The notes below the pieces were generated by a model. The model made no database searches and was not told the origin of the DNA. It worked only from the letters and a program-made list of their open reading frames with translations. This document shows, piece by piece, positions 13,721-28,842 of a stretch of DNA of 64,000 nucleotides (its first letter is position 1; every line of letters starts with the position of its first letter). Source of the stretch: Octopus sinensis (Eukaryota); the NCBI RefSeq assembly GCF_006345805.1, contig NC_043003.1, positions 98,952,001 through 99,016,000 on the forward strand, in the 5' to 3' direction. Made by a program: the position numbers and the translations under genes.

Positions 13721-15312
13721 TTAACTAGGCTCTGTCAATATGCAAGTGATTTTTGTATTAATATGTATTTTTGTGGGGGGGGACACACATTTTTGCATGT
13801 GGGTGAGAATGTATATTCAATTAGCTGTTTGTATGCGTATTTATATGTATGAGCACCTATGTTTTGCATGCATGTTTATTCATAAGGAAATAAAAAAACC
13901 TCTACGTAAACATAATGGTACACGATTCTACATTACACCCACATTACACCCACACTGACAGACTAAACGTAAGTTTTCAAATTTCGGTACTGGTATTAAA
14001 TAACTTTAACGATGCTTTTAGTAAAATCTATCGACTTCAAGACCTAGGCGATATATAATTTCCAGAATAATTTAGATGCTAGTTTGAACTGTTTTCACTA
14101 CATAAGTACCTCCACGAATATTGCTAACTTGAAAATAATACACGAACACACACATACATACATACATACATACATACATACATACATACATACATACATA
14201 CATACATACATACATACATTCATACATACATACATACATACATACATACATGCATACATACATACATAAACATACATATATACATATGTATATATGCATT
14301 GACATGTCTATGTATGTGTGAAGAGAAATAAAACCTGCAAATTTATACGTGGACTATTAGACATTCTATATAGGGAAGCAAGTCAAAAAGCCGTATCTCA
14401 GACTACATGCTTGTGTTAAGGCATGCGAGTATGTGTGCGTATGTTTCTGTGTATTTGTATAAAGGAGGGCATAAACATACTCTTGCACGTATGCATAAAT
14501 GGCTATGTAACTATTAAAACATATTTCATTTTTATTGAATTTTCACCAGCAATCAAATAGAAACAACTGTAATAGATATTCCTTTAGCTCTTAATCAAAA
14601 CTGATGACATTACGTAAGTTTCGAAACTAATATATTAAAAAATATTATAGACTATGATTCGCATATAATTTTACAAAATGTTAATATATTATATGTTAAT
14701 AATATAATTTTCAAAGTGCTTATATACAAAAATACTTAAGATACTCCGCTGAAATGGTAAATAATGGTGAGTTGGTAGAAACGTCAGAACGTCGGATGAA
14801 ATGTTTAAAAGTATTTTAATACGAAGTTCGCAGGAGATTTGGATGAATTCAATTGCTGCGAAAACTGAAGGATATATCTCTTCGAGGTCATTGCTCTTCG
14901 TTCTATCTTGCGGAAATGAGAAAAAGTACGACTTTATCACTATTTCTGTCGGCAGGTATATGATGGGGGAACTGAAACGAAAAAGTGAAATATGTAGAAT
15001 TAAAGATGGAAAAGTTAGAGAGAAGTGATATGTATGTATTTAATCTAGAGTAGGCGTAATGTGAACGAAGGGAGTTAAGTTATTGTTGTTGCATCGCTCT
15101 TATTCTTCTCCATAAAATTCTAGTTATAACCTCGATGAAATTGTGACGGGTATTAGGTCGCGGTTTTGCGACGAAAATTGTGACACAACGCAATTTAAAT
15201 TCAAGAAGGTAACAGTTCTGTGTATTAATAAACGGTTCTTCAAGGAAAATCTTGCTTTACTTGTCAAAGCCTATCTCAAATTAAATCATTTGTTAAACAA
15301 ATACAAGTCTAG

Positions 15313-15355
<43 letters not shown>

Positions 15356-15851
15356 ACGTTTGTATATACATATATTTATATATACGTATGTATACACACA
15401 CACACACATATATATATACGTACATACATACATATATGTATGCATGCGTATACTTTATGTATGTATGTATGTATGTATGTATGTATATATGTATGTATGT
15501 ATGTATATGTAGAGAGGATTATAATACAAGATGTGTCCTCATGAAGCACAGCTTCATATTCCATAACTCCAAAGTATATTTAAAGATATGAAAGTGGAAA
15601 ATCCTGAAGAATACTGTGAAATACTGGAAAATACATTTTACAGAGTAATTACATACCAAAACCGAAAACTGGAAAGAAATATATTTATTCTTCATTACAT
15701 ATGTTTCATAGGTATACATGTTAGAAAAAGACATGTTAGACATCTCCTATTAGTAATTATGCAGACCGAGATACATATTAACACGCAGAGTTTATTTAGT
15801 ATTTGAATATTTACTCTTTGAGGCTAATGGCGTGAGTCCTGATAAGAAGAC

Positions 15852-15961
15852 GAAGAAGAAGAAGAAGAAGAAGAAGAAGAAGAAGAAGAAGAAGAAGAAG
15901 AAGAAGAAGAAGAAGAAGAAGAAGAAGAAGAAGAAGAAGAAGAAGAAGAAGAAGAAGAAGA
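15852..15961 (+). repeat. Pure (GAA)n tract, about 36 units
   Basis: Direct reading. Confidence 0.97.
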
Positions 15962-16369
15962 CAGCTGCAACAACGACGAAGACAGCACTAACTTTGGCGG
16001 CATCATTAGCCCTGCCATCACTACTACTGGAAATAGTGGTTTCAAATTTTGTCACAAGGCTAGCAATTTAGGGGACATGGATTAGTCAATGACACCGACC
16101 CCAGTGCTCAACTGGTGCTTGCTTTATGTCCATGAAAAGATGAAAGGTAAAGTCAACCTCAGCGGAAATGCCGCCAAGTATTTTACCTGGCGTGCTAATG
16201 ATTCTGCCAGATCGCCGCCTTCTACTACTGGAAATATTGATTCGTTATGTGGAGACAGACGGCCCCAAATTTTAGGATGAGAAACGGAATGAGAGATCGA
16301 TTATATCGTTAGCAAACCTTAGCAAACCTTAGCAAGGGCACAAACTACTATCACCGTCACACTCTTCTC

Positions 16370-16740
16370 TCACAACCACCACCACCACCATCACCATCAT
16401 CATGAGCAGCGGCAGCTGAGGATTCATCATATATTTACCACCATCACTATCACCGCTGCCGCCGCCACCATAACTATCATCACCATCACCATCACATCAC
16501 AACTACCACCAGCACCAGCACCAGCACCAGCTTCGTCTGCATCATCATCGTCGTCGTCGTCGTCGTCATCATCATCATCATCATCATCACCATCTAAATT
16601 TCTACACCACTTATCGCCACCACCGCCGCCATCACTACCATCACCACCACCGCCACCACCACTACCATCGCCACCACCGCCGCCGCCGCCGTCGTTGCCG
16701 CCACCATCACCATCATCATTTTCCTACTTTACCATCATAA
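16370..16740. repeat. Compound (CAC)/(CAT)/(CGC)/(CGT) triplet low-complexity region
   Basis: Direct reading. Confidence 0.9.
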
Positions 16741-17805
16741 ATGACATGGTAAGCAACCACTAAAATTCTCATAGCCACAAGCAAATTCCTCACCTTCTTC
16801 AAATAAAATAAATAAAGAAAGAAAGAAAGAGAGAGAGAGAGGGGGGAGGAATACTCTCAATGTAATAACGATTATATCAAGAACAAGAACAACAACAACA
16901 ACACAGCAGCAGCAGCAGCAGCAACATACACTCCACCAAAACAGGCAGCATCATATTTTATTTTTTAAAAGACAAGCGCGGGCGCGTCCATAAATCTTTC
17001 AGCTGAAAGAGATTTTTGAAAAGACATTTGAACAATTGGCGCTAAGGAAACTCAGTCAACTGTATCCGTGTAACGAGAGCGCTCCAATACTTGTCATTCA
17101 ATTAAACAGTTCAATAGTGTCTCTTCACATTTACCTATTTACAGTTCACTGATTGGATTAAACCATATTTTAATTACTCTAGCTCTAGAAGCACTTCGTA
17201 AAATAAGTGGTTAGAATTTTGAGCTTAGCGTTGAGTTGTACGCTGGCAAAGTACTTGCCAGTATTTGAAGGCACAGTTGTCGTAGAGGCATGGCTCTGCC
17301 ATTAAGGAATCTTGTTTCGTGATCAATGTGTTCCGGGTTCGACCGCACTAGGCGGTATCTAAAAATATAATTTTAGTTTAATTATACCATTGCTATGAGT
17401 CATGATCTATTAAACGCAAGCATTTCTAAGTTACATTGTTTAAGGTTCAGTCGCAATCCGCGGCAGCTTCTGTAAGTGTCTTCTGTTATAGCCTCGGGTC
17501 AACCAATGCCTCGTGAGGGATTATTGTCGACAAAATCTAAGAGAATCCCGTCGTATATGATATATATGTATTATTACGTGTGTGTATAGATGTGCATTTA
17601 TAAATATATGTATATTTTTTTTACTGTTTCAGTCATTAGAGTGGGGGCCATGCTGGGACACCGCTTGGAAGAAATTTTAATTAAATGTATCGACCCCAAT
17701 ACTTATGTTTTTTTAAAAAATTGGTTTCTTTTGCGGACCCGTTAAGTACGGGGATGTGAACACACAACACCGATCTCAAGTGGTGATGGGACAAACACAG
17801 ACACA

Positions 17806-17844
<39 letters not shown>

Positions 17845-17859
17845 GCACACACACACACA

Positions 17860-17901
<42 letters not shown>

Positions 17902-18329
17902 ACATATGTATATATATATATATACGTTGGGCTTCTTTCAGTTTCCATCCTCTAAATCCACTCACAAGGCTTTCGTTGGCCCGAAGCTACTATAAAAGAC
18001 AACTGCTCAAGGTGTCATGCGTTGGGACAGAACCCAGAACATTGCGGTTTGAAAGCAAGCTTCCTTATTTCATAAATTGGCCATGGAAGCCGTACATAGA
18101 TGGGACAAACAAGGACAGACAAACATAGAGGGCGAAGAACTTGCTTATTACGAATGAAACGGTTCTGAAAGATAAAACATAAATGACAATTTTTTTCTCT
18201 TTTTAAAAGTTTCTGCAAAAACTTGATGATCATTGTAAATTTTGTAATATATGACTGAAGGAAAGGCATCCAACCGCCAGATTCTAACCTTTACTTTTCC
18301 TTGTGGCCTCACGTACTTGGTTTCAGTCA

Positions 18330-18897
18330 CTCGCAGCTAGTTCACTACTCGCTTATATGTTTTCGCGAACATATCCTGTGACAGGTATCTCTTCTCCAGC
18401 GTGATCTTGCCATCGAGGTTGTAACCAAAGACGTTAACCAACCCCTGGCCGGAGACGAAACTACTCACCACTATACCTTTTACACACGTCTTCCATACTG
18501 TTTCTTTCAGTATGGCTTCTACGTAGAAAAAACAAGCCTTCCTCTCTCTGTTAAGGGAAGGAGGCGGCATCATCTTGATAATAGATGCAGCCGATTGCTG
18601 TACTCTTCCCATCGTTGACAACAGTTGCTCGACAAAAGCTTTCAGTCCCGATAATTCCGGACACTCTACGAAGGCGTGAAAGACAGTTTCTCTATCCCGC
18701 CTGCACCTTGTGCCTGTTAGCGGGACGGCACTTCTGTGCCTAGACAGCTTGTCTCGAACAGGCAAAGCCGAACGGTAGCACTGCCAAGCCAGGGATTTCT
18801 GGTAATTATCCAGATAACCCCGGCTCGAAAGTTCTCCTGAACAGGTTGATCAACTGATTTCCATCGAAGCCCAGAGTCTCACCCAGGACATCGCCTG
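18330..18897 (-). mobile_element. L1/Tx1-like LINE ORF2 C-terminal fragment (zinc-finger region)
   Basis: QKSLAWQCYRSALPVRDKL...RCRRDRETVFHAFVECP, a C-terminal cysteine-rich zf-RVT-like motif. Confidence 0.8.
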
Positions 18898-19290
18898 TCA
18901 TAAATTCTAACAACTATACATTATCAGAACATACTATACATACGCGCGCGCACACGTCCACGCACACACACACACATATACATATGCATATACATATAAA
19001 TACATTCATATATACATACATATATATATATATAAATGCATTCATATGTATGTAGGTGTATGCATGTAGGTATGCATGCATGTATGAATGTTTTCGGAAA
19101 TATTTCTCCTAAGTCTGCCTATGCATCAAGTTTTGATAATTCTGAAGACCGTTGCAATGCCTTTTATCTGTCGCTATCCCATTTACAAATCTAATATATC
19201 TATAGTGTATATACTATACAAATATAGTTTATTTTTAACATGTACTATAGAGATATACTATATTTATAATGGGACATAGTTTATCCATAA

Positions 19291-19779
19291 CTAGCAGTAT
19301 CGCCCGGCGTTGCTCGGGTTTGTAAGGGAAATAACTATCTAAGCATTTTTAGAGAGTTATAGCAAAAAAATGCATTAAAAATGGAAAAAAAATTATGGTA
19401 AATTTTTTTTTAAATCGTTGACTCATCGTAGACATTTTTAGAGAGTTACTTCCCTTATATGATAGCGAAAAAATACATTAAAATGGGAAAAAAATGATAG
19501 TAATTTTTTTTTTAAATCGTTGACTCATCGTAGACATTTTTAGAGAGTTACTTCCCTTATATGATAGCGAAAAAAATGCATTAAAATGGAAAAAAATTAT
19601 GGTAATTTTTTTTTTAATCTTAGACTCATCGTAGACGCGCGCTAATACCCAGAAGGGCTCGATATGAATCACGACTATAAGATGCCCGGTTTTGGTTAAA
19701 CTGCACCGCAAAATGTGGGAGAAGTTAGGAATCTAAATCGTAGGAGACAGACACACAACTTCACTTTTATATATAAAGA
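19291..19779 (-). mobile_element. Non-autonomous Helitron with internal tandem repeats of about 102 bp
   Basis: Minus strand 5'-TC...CCCGAGCAACGCCGGG hairpin...CTAG-3', inserted between A and T with no TSD; about 3 internal repeat units at 19342-19635. Confidence 0.85.
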
Positions 19780-20124
19780 TATATATATTACGCATATATA
19801 ACAGATCTATGATGACGTTGTCCAATGTTCCCATATTTTAATAGTTAGATGGTGTGATTTAGGGAAAATGTGGCCGTTGTTTCTTACAAACCGAGTGTAA
19901 GTGACAATGGTTGTTATTGCATAGAATTATATAAGTACTAGGGAAGTACGATTTGGCTAGTTTCTGTAGAAGATTGACTTAGTTAACAAATTTTCACATC
20001 TACGATGCAATAGGTTGAAAGTATTAGCCCTAATTCGAAGGTATAAGCATTTGAGTGCATATTAACAGTGTGTATTTATGCGTGGGTATGTGAGTATGGA
20101 TGCAGATTTTTATGTATGTATGTA

Positions 20125-21398
20125 CAGGGGCCGGACAAAATAATGGAAACACCTTAACATTTCAAACAAATTTATCTTAATATAATGTGGGATCGCTTTT
20201 GGCAGTAATTACAGCTTGAATTCTACGAGGTATAGGTTTGTACAAAGTTTGAATTGTTTCCAAAGGAATTTTTGTCCACTCTTCAGCTAAAACAGTCTCC
20301 AGTTCTTGTAGTGATGATGGTGGAGGTTATCGACTCCTTAATTGTTTTTCTAAAATGCACCATAAATGATCAATACAATTGATATTTGGGGACTGTGGTG
20401 GCCAGATTAGATGTTCAACTTCGCTAGAATGTTCCTTGTGCCATTCACTAACAACTTTAGCTGTGTTAATTAGTGCATTATCATCCTGAAAGATTGCGTT
20501 TCTCTCCGGAAACAGTTCCGCATGGAACTGTTCAGTTAAAATGCTTAAATAGTCTTGACTATAATTCTGCCATGAAGGGAAACCATTGGGTTGGCGGCTT
20601 TGCAAGATATAGCCCTCCAGACCATCACAGAACCTCCTCCATATTTAACAGTTGGAATAAAGCAGTCTGGCTCAAATGCTTCTTTTGGCTGTCTGCACAT
20701 GTATACTCGGCCGGTGGTCGGAAATCAAGTAAAGGATGACTCGTCATGAAAATAACATTCTTCCACTGCTCTAGGGACCATTTATGTAGATTTTTACTCC
20801 ACTCTAAACACTTTACAACATTTGTTTTTTGAAAGTAGTAGTTTTCTGATTGCAGACCTACTGTGAAATCTGGCTTTGTTCAGATCCCGGCAAACAGTTT
20901 TTGTGGAAATTGGGTTCCCGAGGTGGTCATTAAGCTCTGCAGTAATTTTGAGAGCTGTACTTTTGTGATCCTTTCTAACAATTCGCGTAAGAGTCCGACG
21001 GTCCCTATCAGAAAGTTTTGGTTTTCTTCCGGAGTTTAGTTTCGACGAGGAAGTTTTTCTCCCTTTCTCAAAGGCTGTCATTACTTTCGAGACAGTACTT
21101 CTTGGTACACCAAGCATTTCGGCTGTTTTCGTTACGCTAACGCCTGCCATCCGAATATCAACAATTTGACCTTTTTGAAAGTCCGACTGATCTATCATGT
21201 TAATGAATTTTAATTATCTTTTCTGATGATAGCTGGAAAGAAACAGCAATTTTAGCAAAACATATTAAGCAACACTAATAAATAAAAACACTAATAAATC
21301 AAAAAACATAAAATAAACAAGCCTTTGACAGTTTTATAGATATTTCAAAATTATGATGCTATGATGCTAGGTGTTTCCATTATTTTGTCCAATCCCTG
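20125..21398 (-). mobile_element. Tc1-family DNA transposon with both TIRs and a disrupted transposase
   Basis: TIRs CAGGG...GGACAAAATAATGGAAACACCT at both ends, TA TSDs; ORFs 20794-21198 (HTH, GRKPKLSDRDRR) and 20327-20605 (FQDDNA...WPPQSPNINCIDHLW). Confidence 0.92.
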
Positions 21399-21436
21399 TA
21401 TGTATGTATGTATGGATGGATGGATGAATGTATGTA

Positions 21437-21467
<31 letters not shown>

Positions 21468-21627
21468 ATGTATGTATGTATGTGTCTATGTATGCGCCCA
21501 CATTTCTTAATGTACAAGCACACATGAATATAAAAATACACTGTCCATATATATATATTATATATATACATGTATGCATGTGTGTGTATATGCATTTATA
21601 TGTGTGTATGTATGTATATATACATGA

Positions 21628-21692
<65 letters not shown>

Positions 21693-21786
21693 AATATATA
21701 TACATATACACACACACATAATATATATATATATATAATATATATATATACACATATAAATATATATACATATACACACACACATA

Positions 21787-21820
<34 letters not shown>

Positions 21821-21892
21821 TATATAATATATATATATATAATATATATATATAATATATATATATATATATACACACATATAAATATATAT

Positions 21893-21929
<37 letters not shown>

Positions 21930-22229
21930 CACCGTGACCGACCAGGCTATCAGATGTTGCTACACATCGCTGGTCACAATGCGCTTCGCATTTTTTTAGC
22001 CTTCAAATGACGCCACCCCGCTGGCAAAGCGAGCAGGCCAACAGAAGAAAGAATGAAAGAAAGTTGTGGCGAAAGAGGACAGCAGGGATCGCCACCCCCT
22101 GCCGGAGCCCTGTGGAGCTCTAGGTGTTTTTCGTTCAATAAACACTCACAACGCCCAGTCTGGGAATCAAAACCACGATCCTACAACCGCGAGTCCGCTA
22201 CCCTAACCACTGGGCCATTGCGCCTCCAC
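21930..22229 (-). mobile_element. SINE sharing the 12096-type tRNA head but with a different 3' tail
   Basis: 22050-22229 matches the head and body of 12096 and 43508; 21930-22050 is an unrelated tail. Confidence 0.75.
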
Positions 22230-23327
22230 AATTCAGGTATTGTTACATCTTATGACGTGAGGTAATAGGTCATACGATTTGTGCTCAGGTTGGGGTCTTG
22301 TCCTAAACTCCAACATGAACTGCAAATTAAAAAGCTGGGATATTATAACAGTCCCACAAAACATACATACACACAAACACACGTAAGTATGTATGTATGC
22401 AGACACCCACACCCAGACAGATATTTAATGCACTTATATATACATGCCATATGCATATATACATCTCTGTGTGTATATGTGTATGTATATGTATGTGTAT
22501 CAAAACTGTGTCAGTGCCAAAGTCACTCGGTTCCCATGGTTATTAGCGGGTAAAATCAGTGCATATCAACATATTGATACGCATGTGTATGCATACGAGG
22601 GTAATTGAGCGCAGTCATGTATATGTGTATGCGTAAATGTGCAAAAATGAGTGCGTGTTTTGTGTGTGTATGTGTGTTTGTGTGTGAAAAAATTAATGGA
22701 GATTATGTGTATTTCCAATTAAATACTTAAAAGTGTTAATTAATGCAACCTAATAGCTTTAATATGAGCGATGGTATATGCTATCGCTTTTCGCGGTTCT
22801 CTGTACGTTATATTTATGTTTATTTCTAAATCAATGTTAAATTTCTTAACATTTTCCTTTCGTTTTTTTGATGGCTGGGTAAGCGAGTTTAATGAGTTCG
22901 TGTTTTGATTTTCACTCATAGGGAAATATCGTGTACTTCATAAAATACAGAGTAACATGATGTCAGAATAATAACCATTATTATCGTACTTGCTGAGGAG
23001 ATTATGTCAACAATCATGTATGCAATATTGATGACCATGTAAAAAATATCCCTTACCGATCTGTTTTTAAGACACGTAGTCTAGCGATGTAAGTGTTCAG
23101 CTTACGATCGTAAGATTAAGTGTTCGATTCTTAGACTGGTCGATGCTTTTTATTCTCGATCAAGGCACTTCATATCATGTTCCTCAATCCTACTGAGTTA
23201 TAAATAAACCCTAGTTGATTCTAAATGTGAGAGTTCTCCCATTTCAATAATCCTGATATGTCTGGTTATATATTTCCCAAATAAACAATAATATCCCAAT
23301 CACTCTCTCTCTCTCTCACTCTCTCTC

Positions 23328-23329
<2 letters not shown>

Positions 23330-23381
<52 letters not shown>

Positions 23382-23382
23382 G

Positions 23383-23440
<58 letters not shown>
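23330..23440. repeat. (TATC)n tetranucleotide repeat
   Basis: Direct reading. Confidence 0.95.
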
Positions 23441-23445
<5 letters not shown>

Positions 23446-23997
23446 CAATGCAATCAACCACTCCCTTTACTGTCCCCACACTTCTTACTCGCCTAAGTAA
23501 TTTATTGTAATTCATTGCTTACTAACCTACAATTAGCTTCAGCCATACTACATTCAAAATTTATCCTATCCCTCCACACTCTTACGAATATAGTTAAGAC
23601 TTTCCAATATTCTAATGATCTTATTAAAATTCGAAAGGGGAAAAAATGCTATTTGTCATAAGAAGCCATCCATTAGATATATATTTCCTCTCTATTATAT
23701 ATATTATGTTTCTTTTATAGAATATAAGCAGTACGCAACAGCTCTAACTCTGGGATTGATCTACCTGCAGTGCTCTTGTGTATTGTAACTTCAAGATACT
23801 TGTGGGTCGATTGCAGATTGCTTGAAATTTGCTAGCATTGAACTGCATGTTATTTTCTTTGCCCACTTGTATATTTCGTTCAAATCTTTTCGTAGTTTTC
23901 ATGTATCGACAAAGTCCTTAACTGCTTGTGATAAATATAAATGTGTGTGGGGGGTGGGGTGGCTATGTGTGTGTATATGTGTATGTGTGTGTATCTA

Positions 23998-25180
23998 CAG
24001 AGTGCGTAAGATATTTGAGGATAGATTTATGCTTATAAAAAAAAAACAGACATATAATAACAGATAACTTTATTTATCAAAAAATGTTCTGAGGATAAAA
24101 ATAAACCTTTTCTATAATGTTATTCAATAAGGTCACCTTCAGCTTCAACAACTGCTTCTATATGAGATCTAAATAATCTCCATGCTCGAATCATGTGGTC
24201 CTGGTTCATTTTGGACATTACTCTGACTAAGACAGCTTTCAAAGAATATTTGGTGTTATGGGCGTGTTCATTGACCTCTCTCTCAACAACATTCCACATG
24301 TAATAGTCCAATGGATTGAGATCTGGGAGATTAGGAGCCCAAATGTTAGGGGCTATGTGATCAGGAAAATGTTCAGATATCCATTCCTGTGTTACTAGAG
24401 CTATGTGTGATAGTGCAGAGTCTTACTGAAAGACATATGGCCTTCCATTGCATACATTGTCTATCCAGTGCTTAACAATTATTTCTATGACCTCAATGTA
24501 GGCGGTATAGTTAAATCTAAGTCCTTGTGGAAAGAAGTAAGGAGGTATGACCTTCATTGCTGACAATCCCAAAAACCTTGACAGTTGCAGGAAATTTTGT
24601 ATGCATAACACTTGGAACTTCAGAAGAATCATCCATCATTTTTTCTGTTAACTTTTTGATCCTGGTCGAAGTTTTTCTCGTTTGAGAAAAGCCAAATCAA
24701 ATCTTCTGCTGGATTTTCCAGTTTGTTTAAGAGCCTTTTAGATATGATGTCGTGATTTTCTTTTGCTGTTACTGACGAATTGACCTTTCCTCATCATATA
24801 AGACTTATATCTGATGTCTTCGTGGACAACATTTCTGACTGTTACTCCTGTCACATGAACATCTTTTACAGTTGACCTCATGGACTTTCTGGAATTGAAA
24901 TCAATGATCTGTTGAACTTGCTGGAAAAATTCAGGTGATCTGATGATTTCAGAGCGTTTAGAATGCTTTTTATGCTTTGATACTGGTGATACGTTTCCAT
25001 CTTCAGTCTCTAGCTCCTTACAAACTTTGTGGACGAAAGATCTGGCAACGTTTAAAAGTCAAGATATTTCTAATGCGCTATGCTCGGCCTTTATAACCAC
25101 AATAACAGCATGATGCTTCATTTCTTGAGTAAGTTGAGAGTCTACCATTATTATTTTCTGAAGCAAAGATTATACAGAGT
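23998..25180 (-). mobile_element. Degenerate Tc1/mariner-superfamily transposon (DD37D/maT-like)
   Basis: PPYFFPQG...GRPYVFQ*DSA..H...WAPNLPDLNPLDYYMWNVVEREVN...IEAVVEAEGDLIE; boundaries approximate. Confidence 0.8.
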
Positions 25181-25258
25181 TAGTAAAAAATACAGCAATG
25201 ACCCCAAAAAGGTATATCCTCAAATACCTCACGCATCCTATATACACCTATATATACA

Positions 25259-26296
25259 TAAGAATGAATGTTTTTATATATAATGAACGTGAAATACAGG
25301 AAGGGACGAACACGGAACACAGACAAATCATTCGAAGCCTTCAATCTTCAGTCAGACACCGAATCATCATAGCAAATTTCGGCTGTTCAATTCTGATATT
25401 TGCTCCAACTCGGCCAGCCCCAAGAAAAAAAACTAAGCTGTAAGCATTAGATTTCTTGGTAGAAGACAGGAATATGAACGCACAAGACGGATGTGAATAC
25501 AAGAGACGAAAACGAAATTGAAAACAGTAATGAATAAACAAAATATATATAACGGTGGTTGTCATACGACTTTAGACCAAATGAGACAAAAACAACAACA
25601 ACAACATAGCTGGCGTAGAAATAATTACCGTTTCGGTAGCGGGGACACATGTTGGTCGAGATACGAAGGCCAACAGAATGGTTTAAGAAGCAGCAGGTCG
25701 CAGGAGAGAGAGAAGAGAAAGAGAGACAGAGAGAGAGGGAATCAAAGAGGGTGGAAGGCAGGGGACAGAATCAGTGACCAAGAGAAAAGGAGAAAGAAGG
25801 GATTAAGGAGGATGGAGGAAGAGGGGAGGAGGATGGGAGGAAGAGAGGGGAAGAATCGGAGGGCGCCGAAAAGTTTGGTGAAGAAGCAATGGCGGGTAGT
25901 AAAAGACAGTGTGTATAGAAGTCGTGCAGGGTTTAAAATTGGACAAACAAACGGGGGGGTGCACGTAACGCCGCAATAATATAAGAATGAATGTTTTTAT
26001 ATATAATGAACGTGAAATACAGGAAGGGACGAACACGGAACACAGACAAATCATTCGAAGCCTTGGGACACATGTTGGTCGAGATACGAAGGCCAACAGA
26101 ATGGTTTAAGAAGCAGCAGGTCGCAGGAGAGAGAGAAAGAGAGACAGAGAGAGAGGGAATCAAAGAGGGTGGAAGGCAGGGGACAGAATCAGTGACCAAG
26201 AGAAAAGGAGAAAGAAGGGATTAAGGAGGATGGGAGGAAGAGGGGAGGAGGATATTCTTATATTATTGCGGCGTTACGTGCACCCCCCCCCCGTTT
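25259..26296. mobile_element. Rearranged composite with internal direct and inverted duplications, possibly PLE-derived
   Basis: 25259-25342 recurs at about 25982-26064; 25643-25850 recurs at 26066-26250; inverted repeat 25950-25989/26253-26296; related piece at 61036-61220. Confidence 0.55.
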
Positions 26297-26312
26297 ATAT
26301 ATACATACATAC

Positions 26313-26354
<42 letters not shown>

Positions 26355-26478
26355 ATATATATATATTATACATACATATATATATATATATACATACATA
26401 CATACATACATACATACATACATACATACATACATACATACATACACACATATATCCATACATATAGATACACCACAC

Positions 26479-26533
<55 letters not shown>

Positions 26534-26755
26534 GTCTTCGAAACATATGTCGAGAATAAAGGAATTTTGTTAAATTGTCGTTCAACTCCATTCTTCATTT
26601 ATTTATGTATTAAAAAAAAACACACACATTTCCACACGAAAGCACGTGATCTCTGCCCTTGGCATGTAGCTTCAACGTGTTTTTTTGGCGTGAATTTGCT
26701 ACCCGGGTATCGGTTAACCGAATTATCCATACTAGGATAATTCATTCAACTACTT

Positions 26756-26818
<63 letters not shown>

Positions 26819-27461
26819 ACACATCTGAAGAAGTTGTAGAGAGCCACAATTATTTGTGTACATGTATATGTGTACCGGTAACGTTCATTGATTTCTCTTA
26901 CTATTAAGCTCAATTCTAAATTGTGTTACACAAACGATTGGATCTTGCAAACTTGTACCACAGCCTAAAATGTCTGTGCATTGCGTGAATCTATTTATAT
27001 GTAAGTTTGAATGTCTGGTCCTACTAGCTATAAATGTTTATATGTGTAATGGTGTAGGTATATGAATACTATTGGTGGCAAACTTCTGGTCCTAACTGAT
27101 TACAGTATTGTACTGAGATAAACCTCTGAAAAATTATATATTTTTATATATGTATAAGTATGTATGCGTGTGCGTATTTGTGTATGTGTGTGCGTGTGCG
27201 TGTGTCGGTGCGCGTGCTTCTATAAACGAATATACATAATCTCTCTCGTTTATGCATTTTATATGTATCTGCATGTGTCCGTATATACGTGCGCGTGTAG
27301 TGAACGTGTATGCACTAGTACGTTTAAATATTATGTATGTATTTGCGTGTGTATGTATGATTATGTGTGTATGTATCTCAAAGTGTGTGTTTGTGTGCTT
27401 GCACTTTTGTTAGTGTAGATGTGTAGATGCGTATAACTTACTGCTTCTGTGACCGTATTAG

Positions 27462-27496
<35 letters not shown>

Positions 27497-27555
27497 TATA
27501 TATATATACATTTGTATGTATGTATGTATGTATATACATATATATAGATACGTAT

Positions 27556-27713
<158 letters not shown>

Positions 27714-28279
27714 AGTATGTTTGGATGTGCCCACTTGAGTGTTTGAGTGTGAGCGCATGTGTGTGAGAGAGAGGAAAAGAAATAGAGAGAGAGAGAATGT
27801 TTGTGTGTGTGTGTGTGTGTATTTTCTGTGACCAGAAACATGACAGGGAGGGAAAAAGTGGAATCTAAATGAGAAACATGTGCGACATAAGTCCCTGAGT
27901 GCGTCCACATCAGAGAAGCAGCGATCTAGCGGTGAGCTTGCTGTCGCCACACCTATCTTGTTACCAAAACATAAACACTCTTCTCACAAGCATCACATGC
28001 TGAGCCCTCTCTCTCTCTCTCTCTTTCTCCCTCTTCCTCTATCTCTCTCAGCTTCTCTATCTCTCTCAGCTTCTCTATCTCTCTCTCTCTCTCTCTCTCT
28101 ATTTCTTTCTACATTCTACTCCCTACATCTCTACGTCTCTCTTTTTCTCTGTGTCTCCTCCGTGTCTTGATCAATCTACTTGTCTCTCCTTCATAAATTT
28201 GTGAGTTTTAAGGGCAATGACACAACCGAAACGCCAAAACACAAAACTGCACATGCAGTAGCTGTATGTAGTTGTATTA

Positions 28280-28400
28280 ACATCATCAACATCATCGCCA
28301 TCATCATCCTCATCATCATCCTCATTTTCATCATAATCCTCATCACCATCGTAGGTATCATCACTATCATCATTAGCAACAGCAGCCGCAGAAATAGAAA

Positions 28401-28445
<45 letters not shown>

Positions 28446-28449
28446 CAGC

Positions 28450-28488
<39 letters not shown>

Positions 28489-28840
28489 CGTGGTCGTTGT
28501 GTTGGCGCTGGTGATAGTGATAGTGGTGGTTGTATAGAGGTGGTGGTGGTGGTGGGGTGGTGGTGGGTGGTTGTTGTAGTAGCAGCACCACCACCACTAC
28601 CAATAACAACAGCAACAACAAAAGCAGCAGCAGCAATAGTAGTAGTAGTGGTGGTGGTGGTGGTAGGTGGTGGTGGTGGTGGTGGTGGTGGTGGGGGGTG
28701 GTTTTGTAGTAGCAGCACCACCACCACTACCAATAACAACAGCAACAACAAAAGCAGCAGCAGCAATAGTAGTAGTAGTGGTGGTGGTGGTGGTAGGTGG
28801 TGGTGGTGGTGGTGGTAGTAGTGGTAGTAGTAGTAGTATA
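28280..28840. repeat. Compound triplet repeat region containing a 130-bp tandem duplication
   Basis: (CAT)/(AGT)/(GGT)/(AGC) runs; the block starting at 28576 recurs at 28706. Confidence 0.9.
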
Positions 28841-28842
28841 AG

